Source of the DNA: Candidatus Latescibacterota bacterium
GTDB lineage: Bacteria; Latescibacterota; UBA2968; UBA8231
NCBI GenBank assembly: GCA_965200315.1
Contig: OZ241362.1
Coordinates: 3,872,001 to 3,936,000, forward strand
Direction of reading: 5' to 3'
Length of the DNA stretch: 64,000 bases
Shown: in pieces, positions 58,073 through 64,000 of the stretch
Layout of the letters: each line of letters opens with the position of its first letter
Numbering within the stretch: position 1 is the stretch's first letter
Notes under the pieces: generated by a model
Seen by the model: the letters and a program-made list of their open reading frames with translations, nothing else
Databases searched by the model: none
Told to the model about the DNA's origin: nothing
Made by a program: the position numbers and the translations under genes

Positions 58073-60211
58073 GTGCGAATCGACACATTCTTTCGCCTGC
58101 CAGCGATCCTGATGGTCTTGGCGCTGCTGTGCAGCAGTAGCCTTTCTGCCCAAGGCCTCTCGCGTGCCACTATTTCTAGTTGGCCTACGACTACGTACTA
58201 TCTCGGCTTTTTTGAATTCACAAGCAAAACGGACGGCCAGATCCAGATTGTCGCCGGGGGCCACTATACTCTCTATCTCAATGGCGATATAGTAGGTAGC
58301 GATCAGGGGCCTGACGCGGCACAATCCTACGAAGTTTCCTTTAAACGCCGGGTGAATCACGTAGCCGTAATCGTCCAACACGATGGTAGGCAGAGTCCGT
58401 ACGGACTGTTCTGTGTGCTAGATGGAGGGGAAGAGCATTTTGTCAGTTCGCCCACGGATCGAGCCAATTCCTGGTTCTGGACCGGCACCCCCCTTCCCAA
58501 CGAGGAAGATGCGGATTGGATGACCATCCGCCAGAGGGATTTAGGGGATTACGAAGAAAATGGCGAAGCCGTGCGCTGGCAGCCCGTTCAGGCCGGCAGC
58601 CTCGATCTAGGTATCTATGCCGAATTTGCGGATTTGAATCTGACCAGAAATTGGAGTATGGCAGGGTTTGCCGGTGGTCTAGCCGGCCATCAAGGAGGAT
58701 TGCAACTGCGCGACTTGGCCGGCCAGAATATGGCCTTCAATACGCTGTCGACCGAGCCCAATATGGTGGATGGCAACCTCAGCACTTCGGTAAATTTTCG
58801 CAAGGGAGCCGGTGCGCTTTTACAGAGTGTTGAAACCGATCTGGGCCGCCTCTTCTCCATTGAGCGGGTGCGAGTAATCACCCAGCCCCCTTCGAGTAGA
58901 ACCAGTTACGAAGATCTGTCACTGCGCGGGTATAGCATTCTAGTGAGCAAGGACGGAGTCGGATTTCTAGAAGTCGGATCGCAGAATCAGATTACTACGT
59001 TCCAAGAGAGCGAAGTGGTCTTTCCGCCTATGCCCGCCCGGCACGTGCGCCTGACTATCACCGAGTTTTCCAATCGCAATGCTGCGCCGCGGATGGGCGA
59101 GTTGGAAGTCTACGTTCAAGGGCTGGACCAGCAGGGCACATACCGGTCTCCCCCACTGAATCTGGGCACCAATGACCTGAAGAATTTTGAACGGGTCCAA
59201 TGGTTCGGCCAAGTGCCGTCCAACGCGGAAATGAGTCTGCGCTTTCGCAGCGGCGACGATGGCCAAGTCTGGAGCACCTGGTCGGACTGGTCGCCGCACC
59301 TCGACAGACTGCTGGATGTTCCCGAGCCGCGCCATTTCCTGCAATTTGAATCCCGCCTTGCGACCCAAGCATTGATGGAGGGGCCAGTGCTAGACAGCTT
59401 AGTTGTCTTCTACGATAGCGGTCCCAGCCCAGCCACTCGGGCAGCGGCCTCAATTCTACCGCTGCACACTTCGATTGGTGTGGATACGCTTTTTACCTAT
59501 ACGCTTGAGTTGGACATCGGGGTGGATGATACCGGGATTGGACGTTTGGCGATTGTAACCCCGTGGCCAGCCAGTTTGGACAGAGCCGCTGTCCAAGGCC
59601 TAGGTAGTGCTGGCATTGCCGATGTGGTGGCCAGTAATGATTCCCTATTGTTGGTTTTCGACCCGCCTATTACCTCTGAAACTGGTACTACGGAACTGGT
59701 TGTACCCTTTACTACCCGGCTGCTAGCGGCTAGCCACGCCTTCCAAGGATTGCTCTTTCCGCCGGATGCGACTTCCTCGCTACGGGTCCAAGAGCGCGAG
59801 GGCACTGATCCAAATACTGGCTTGGCGTATTCTATCACCGCCTCGACAATCGATTTCGATATCGCTATCCTCGACGATGTGCAGGCCCATCCTGCAGCCT
59901 TCACGCCTAATGGCGACACCATCAACGACGAAGCCATTTTGGGCTTTGTTTTGGGGCGAGTGAACGATGCCCAGGTCCATTTTGAAATCTACGATCTGGG
60001 GGGCCGCTTGGTCCGCACTCTCCCCGCACGTGAACTCAATGCCGGTAACTATGTGCCTAGAGACGGGCTCGACGCGAATCTGCCCGGTCGCTGGGACGGA
60101 CGCGGAGATGACGGCGAAGTACTGCCGCCCGGCTTGTACGTGTTTCGTGTTGTCGTAGACCTGAAACCCGACAAAAAAGTGGGAACGGGCGTTATCGGAC
60201 TGGCTTACTGA
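58073..60211 (+). CDS. Secreted protein with discoidin-like domain and C-terminal FlgD-Ig/CTD-like domain (paralog)
   Basis: Signal peptide; TDLGRL..ARHVRLTI..MGELEVY; WSTWS; FTPNGDTIND...YDLGGR...WDGR...PPGLY...LAY. Confidence 0.8.
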   Translation: MRIDTFFRLPAILMVLALLCSSSLSAQGLSRATISSWPTTTYYLGFFEFTSKTDGQIQIVAGGHYTLYLNGDIVGSDQGPDAAQSYEVSFKRRVNHVAVIVQHDGRQSPYGLFCVLDGGEEHFVSSPTDRANSWFWTGTPLPNEEDADWMTIRQRDLGDYEENGEAVRWQPVQAGSLDLGIYAEFADLNLTRNWSMAGFAGGLAGHQGGLQLRDLAGQNMAFNTLSTEPNMVDGNLSTSVNFRKGAGALLQSVETDLGRLFSIERVRVITQPPSSRTSYEDLSLRGYSILVSKDGVGFLEVGSQNQITTFQESEVVFPPMPARHVRLTITEFSNRNAAPRMGELEVYVQGLDQQGTYRSPPLNLGTNDLKNFERVQWFGQVPSNAEMSLRFRSGDDGQVWSTWSDWSPHLDRLLDVPEPRHFLQFESRLATQALMEGPVLDSLVVFYDSGPSPATRAAASILPLHTSIGVDTLFTYTLELDIGVDDTGIGRLAIVTPWPASLDRAAVQGLGSAGIADVVASNDSLLLVFDPPITSETGTTELVVPFTTRLLAASHAFQGLLFPPDATSSLRVQEREGTDPNTGLAYSITASTIDFDIAILDDVQAHPAAFTPNGDTINDEAILGFVLGRVNDAQVHFEIYDLGGRLVRTLPARELNAGNYVPRDGLDANLPGRWDGRGDDGEVLPPGLYVFRVVVDLKPDKKVGTGVIGLAY

Positions 60212-60330
60212 AGCACGTAAGGTCAACGTGTTTGCGGTCGTTTGCTGTTCACCCGAAATATCTCGGGTAATTATTTTTCCGCCTCGTGTCCCGCATAAGA
60301 CTCGAGCCTTGGGCTATTGTAATTCACGTT

Positions 60331-63024
60331 ATGAAACGTGTACTTATGCACCATACTCTCAGCTATGCCCCTATCATTCTTTGCCTGCTGCTAGCGGTTG
60401 GCGTTGATCTAGTCGAGGCCCAATTTCTATCGCGGGACTACCGACGCTTGTGGACCAACGAATTATTTGAAAACTACGGTGCATCGGGCTATCGCGACTA
60501 TGACCTAGAAGATGAGAATCGCCGCTTCGACCTGTTTGGTGACCTGCTGATTGATGGCGTCGATGTGGTTGAGTACAGCGAAATTCGCCGCGACTCGCCC
60601 GGTATTAGGGGCAGTTTTGAATCCCGCAATGCGCGCTACGATCGCTTCTTCCAGAAGCTGATCATCGCCAACGAGGGCTTCGGGTCTTGGTCCACTCGCC
60701 TGATAATTGGAGACCACATCCGCACCTTCTTCACCCCGATGACTTTGAATCTGCCTAGCTATAGCGGCATTCGCTGGGACGGTTCTTCTCGCAAAAGCCG
60801 TTTTAGCATTATTGGCACGCATCTTACCGATCCGGTACTCGCGTCGGGTTTAGGATCCCTCGAACAAAACGCAACCCAACGCCGGATATTTGGTACGAGC
60901 CTGTTCGGTGGACACTGGGAGAGCCAGATTGGCGATATCCTTACGATAGGCTCCACTTATGTCAACGTGCATCGCTTTGACGCCGAAGCCAATGCCAAAA
61001 CCAACAGCTTGAGAGGCACCGTGCCTCAGGTGATGCAGGACGGCTTGCGCAAGGTATTCGTTTTTATTAGCGACGATGCACCGTACAGAGGTTCTGGTGC
61101 CGAAGTGCATCAACTGGATATGTTCGTAAACGACATCCCTATACTGCCTATGCGGGTGGGCCGGATCAACAATCTGCTCAAACACATCCCTGTGACTACA
61201 GATCTGAGTAGCACGATCTTGTTGCAGCCACACGAAATCGGCTATTTACGCCGCAACCGCGACTGGCTGCACTCAGTGGTTGATGCCAGTAATACACCTT
61301 TTTTTCGCTCTTTGTTGGCCGGTATTACCCAAGACATAGCCCCTGCAACTCAAGCTGCTCCTCTTAGCACCCACGACACGGACGTTATCTATTATGAATA
61401 TGTCGTGCCTGATACGGTGAGCCGGATCGATTTCAGTGCCGTCGTGGCCAATGACTACAGCGTAGATGTGGTCGGAGCTGTACAGGTGCCGCTATTGGCA
61501 CCAGGCGCTGACGATTTTTACTACGATTGGCACAATGCGGCACGCGCCACCGGCCAAGCCGACCAGCGCAGCAATTTGCGCCAAATCCGATTCAACTACG
61601 GTTTTCCCACTGGCCTCTCGCTACTAGGTCTTAATTTTGCAGCCACCTTTATGGGCTTTCAACTACAGGGGGAACTCGCCCGTAGCACGACCTTTTTCAA
61701 GGTGCCCGAAGCCAAGGGCAAGCGCTACAAGCGCGAAAGTTCCATGTATTACTTCAATATGCTACGTCCTGTATACGACCGAGCAGAGGTAGGCTTTGAG
61801 TTGTTCGACGTGCCGCACGACTACACTACAGATTTCTCTTTGTTTTTTGCTTCAAAGGTAGGACCCACCGTCGGCGGCCGACTCTACGATTCGTTCTCAT
61901 TAGTCGAGGATAACGACGACCTAGACGACTGGCCCGACCGAGTAGAACGCAACGATCCATTGGCACCGTATTTGAGTGCCAGCGGCCAAGGTCACGGCGT
62001 GTATCCAGGCTTCGATCCCAATGGCGACGGCGTCCTCGATTTCAACCTAGACTTGGATCGCGGATCCGATGCTACGCAGCCCTTTATAAGCTACTACTCT
62101 GAACTGCCCAGCTTGGTTTTCGGCGATGATTTCGACAACAACGGCATCGTCGATTTTCGCGAAAACGACAATCTACCCGATTACCTATATCCAGTGGACC
62201 ACCGCGGCTTTCACGGCTTTGTCTCGCTGCAACCTACTGACCGCACCCAGTTGCGGCTGGGCCTGTACCGGGTGCGGCAACCAGCCCTAGGTACGCGCAA
62301 TTACTCCCGTTATCTAGAAACCCAGTACCAACGCGACTGGCAAGATTGGGGCTATGCGCGCCTTGGTTACCGCATTAAGCGGGCGCAAGACAACATCCAG
62401 AATACGACCTTTTTCCCTACCTCCGATACCACTCTAAACCCAGATCGGCTGGAAAACAGAAACAGCCTCAACAATCAGATCTTTTTTGAGTGGGGCCTAA
62501 CGACCCTGCCGGCGTTGAACATGCGCAATATCATCTCTTTTACTCACATCGATCTGGAGGGACAGATCCTAGCTGATCCCGTAGCAGCCAAACCAGGCAC
62601 GATGACCCGTTTTGCCATGGTGAACAAGGCCGACTATACCATAAACCGGGGACGTTTCAGCATTCTTCCCCAGTTCAAGCATATCTACCAACGGCACAAG
62701 TCCCCCGAACTCCAGATCCCGGATACCCAGAGCCGCTGGCTCATGCCCATTCTGCGCGTGGACTATCGGTTGACGGTCAAGACCGTGCTCAAAACAGGAA
62801 TCCAAGGCTTGCCCTTCTGGCGTGAGCGCTTTCTCGATGCGGCCCGTCCAGAGAGCGAGTTTACGCGTCTGACCTACACGGCTTTTTTGCAGAACAAAAG
62901 CAATTACCGCGGCTACGACCTGACCATACTGTTGGGTACCTATCATACGACGAAGAAATTCACCGGCTCGACCCGGCCTAAAGACGGTTTTCTGGAATAT
63001 TTCTTTAGGGTCTACATTGGCTAA
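60331..63024 (+). CDS. Large exported protein, probable outer-membrane beta-rich protein with Ca-binding-like Asp loops
   Basis: Signal peptide; DNDDLDDWPD, DPNGDGVLD, DFDNNGIVD; alternating aromatic strands ending FFRVYIG. Start uncertain (60286-60346). Confidence 0.6.
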   Translation: MKRVLMHHTLSYAPIILCLLLAVGVDLVEAQFLSRDYRRLWTNELFENYGASGYRDYDLEDENRRFDLFGDLLIDGVDVVEYSEIRRDSPGIRGSFESRNARYDRFFQKLIIANEGFGSWSTRLIIGDHIRTFFTPMTLNLPSYSGIRWDGSSRKSRFSIIGTHLTDPVLASGLGSLEQNATQRRIFGTSLFGGHWESQIGDILTIGSTYVNVHRFDAEANAKTNSLRGTVPQVMQDGLRKVFVFISDDAPYRGSGAEVHQLDMFVNDIPILPMRVGRINNLLKHIPVTTDLSSTILLQPHEIGYLRRNRDWLHSVVDASNTPFFRSLLAGITQDIAPATQAAPLSTHDTDVIYYEYVVPDTVSRIDFSAVVANDYSVDVVGAVQVPLLAPGADDFYYDWHNAARATGQADQRSNLRQIRFNYGFPTGLSLLGLNFAATFMGFQLQGELARSTTFFKVPEAKGKRYKRESSMYYFNMLRPVYDRAEVGFELFDVPHDYTTDFSLFFASKVGPTVGGRLYDSFSLVEDNDDLDDWPDRVERNDPLAPYLSASGQGHGVYPGFDPNGDGVLDFNLDLDRGSDATQPFISYYSELPSLVFGDDFDNNGIVDFRENDNLPDYLYPVDHRGFHGFVSLQPTDRTQLRLGLYRVRQPALGTRNYSRYLETQYQRDWQDWGYARLGYRIKRAQDNIQNTTFFPTSDTTLNPDRLENRNSLNNQIFFEWGLTTLPALNMRNIISFTHIDLEGQILADPVAAKPGTMTRFAMVNKADYTINRGRFSILPQFKHIYQRHKSPELQIPDTQSRWLMPILRVDYRLTVKTVLKTGIQGLPFWRERFLDAARPESEFTRLTYTAFLQNKSNYRGYDLTILLGTYHTTKKFTGSTRPKDGFLEYFFRVYIG

Positions 63025-63039
63025 TATGGGCGGAATTAT

Positions 63040-64000
63040 ATGAGATTGTCTGCTACATTGGTCCTAGTAGGAGTGATATGGTCTGCCGCTGCCGAAGCAC
63101 AGCTACTATTCAGACCCGGCGAGCCCTATATCAACTATGCGTACGAAAGTTACCGCAGCTACGAAAACCTCATCTTCGGCCGGGACCGCACCCCCCAATT
63201 CGACCCCTTGGGACAGTTCGTGCTGAACGGAGCTACCGTGTTTCAGCTACAGGAGTTCCGCACCATCCGCCCGGCCGCCGGCAGCATCATTGCCAAACCT
63301 AGGCTCTACGAAGCCTATCTCAATCGGCTAGTGATCGCCAACGATTCGTATAAAGGTGCCAATTCACAGTTGATTGTTGGCGATCGGATTCGCACCAAGT
63401 ACACCTCGCTGACTCTAGACCTAGCGGCGATGAACGGGATCCGTTTGGACACTCATTTCAAGGGTGGTTCGGTGGTGCTGGCCACCTCCAGAGTGGACAA
63501 ACCTATTTTTGAATCCGTACTCAACGCCGACCACAGGATTCACGGCACGGAAGGCTCTGAATTCCGGCCGCGTTGGAGTACATATCTGATGTCAGGGGAT
63601 GTGCGCACTCAATTGCCTGGCCTAGACATGGGCTTGAGCTGGGTCAACCAATATCGCACGGACAGTTTTAAAAATCTTAGCGAAAACAGCTTCAAAGGGA
63701 CCCTGCCCACAACGGGCAGACCGCCGGAGTGGATTGTGGTGCGCGTATCGGATCAAGTGCCCGAAGACAATGCCGGCGTACGGGTGGTGCCGCCGGTACT
63801 AACGCTCAACGGACGCCAGATTACCCACGTGTTGGGTCCTTACAACAAGCTAGACGCCGAAACGCTGACGCTGACGGTTACAGCGCACGAAGATCGGACC
63901 ATCATTCCGGCCATAACGCGCGACACTAGTAACGATCTTATCATCGCTCACCCCCATGTCGAACCGACACCGCAGGGCTTTTACGAAACCCGGGGCCGAG
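63040..64000 (+). CDS. Paralog of the preceding exported protein, 5' part; runs off the window edge
   Basis: Absent from the ORF track. MRLSATLVLVGVIWSAAAEAQ...NYAYESYRSY...FDPLG...LVIAND...LIVGDRIRTKYTSLTL..MNGIRLD aligns with NYGASGYRDY...FDLFG...LIIANE...LIIGDHIRTFFTPMTL..YSGIRWD. Confidence 0.8.
   Translation, partial: MRLSATLVLVGVIWSAAAEAQLLFRPGEPYINYAYESYRSYENLIFGRDRTPQFDPLGQFVLNGATVFQLQEFRTIRPAAGSIIAKPRLYEAYLNRLVIANDSYKGANSQLIVGDRIRTKYTSLTLDLAAMNGIRLDTHFKGGSVVLATSRVDKPIFESVLNADHRIHGTEGSEFRPRWSTYLMSGDVRTQLPGLDMGLSWVNQYRTDSFKNLSENSFKGTLPTTGRPPEWIVVRVSDQVPEDNAGVRVVPPVLTLNGRQITHVLGPYNKLDAETLTLTVTAHEDRTIIPAITRDTSNDLIIAHPHVEPTPQGFYETRGR

Overview
GC-rich bacterial chromosomal window. The gene content (many secreted proteins with a C-terminal FlgD-Ig/CTD-like domain, DUF6785-type membrane proteins, PhyH dioxygenases, a sulfatase) suggests a Latescibacterota/FCB-type organism; this is inference only. 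Layout: (1) 1-16.6 kb envelope block: TMTC-like glycosyltransferase, PPIase, FlgD-tail protein, DUF6785, DUF4175-TPR-GATase-like-MoxR-DUF58, with a PemK/MazF TA module between 61-bp direct repeats. (2) 16.7-31.6 kb suf operon (sufB...sufCDSUT-rrf2), split between sufB and sufC by an ~8.7-kb defence island (Uma2, HEPN-DUF499 ATPase, Rpn with a likely internal start, DUF1156 methylase, GIY-YIG). (3) 31.6-36.6 kb AT-richer island: a frameshifted CARF/RtcR-like sigma-54 activator, a canonical sigma-54 promoter followed by three unannotated micro-ORFs (23, 52, 25 aa) with strong SD sites, then an ABC-ATPase(DUF3696) plus PLD-like gene pair. This is my best candidate for an undescribed system. (4) 36.7-46.5 kb catabolic enzymes. 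(5) 46.5-64 kb cluster of paralogous FlgD-tail proteins, a second DUF6785, a transglutaminase-like protein and two tandem large exported proteins. REP-like palindromes appear inserted in frame in two genes. I saw no rRNA, tRNA, CRISPR array, integrase or IS transposase. All family calls come from motif recognition by eye, not database searches.
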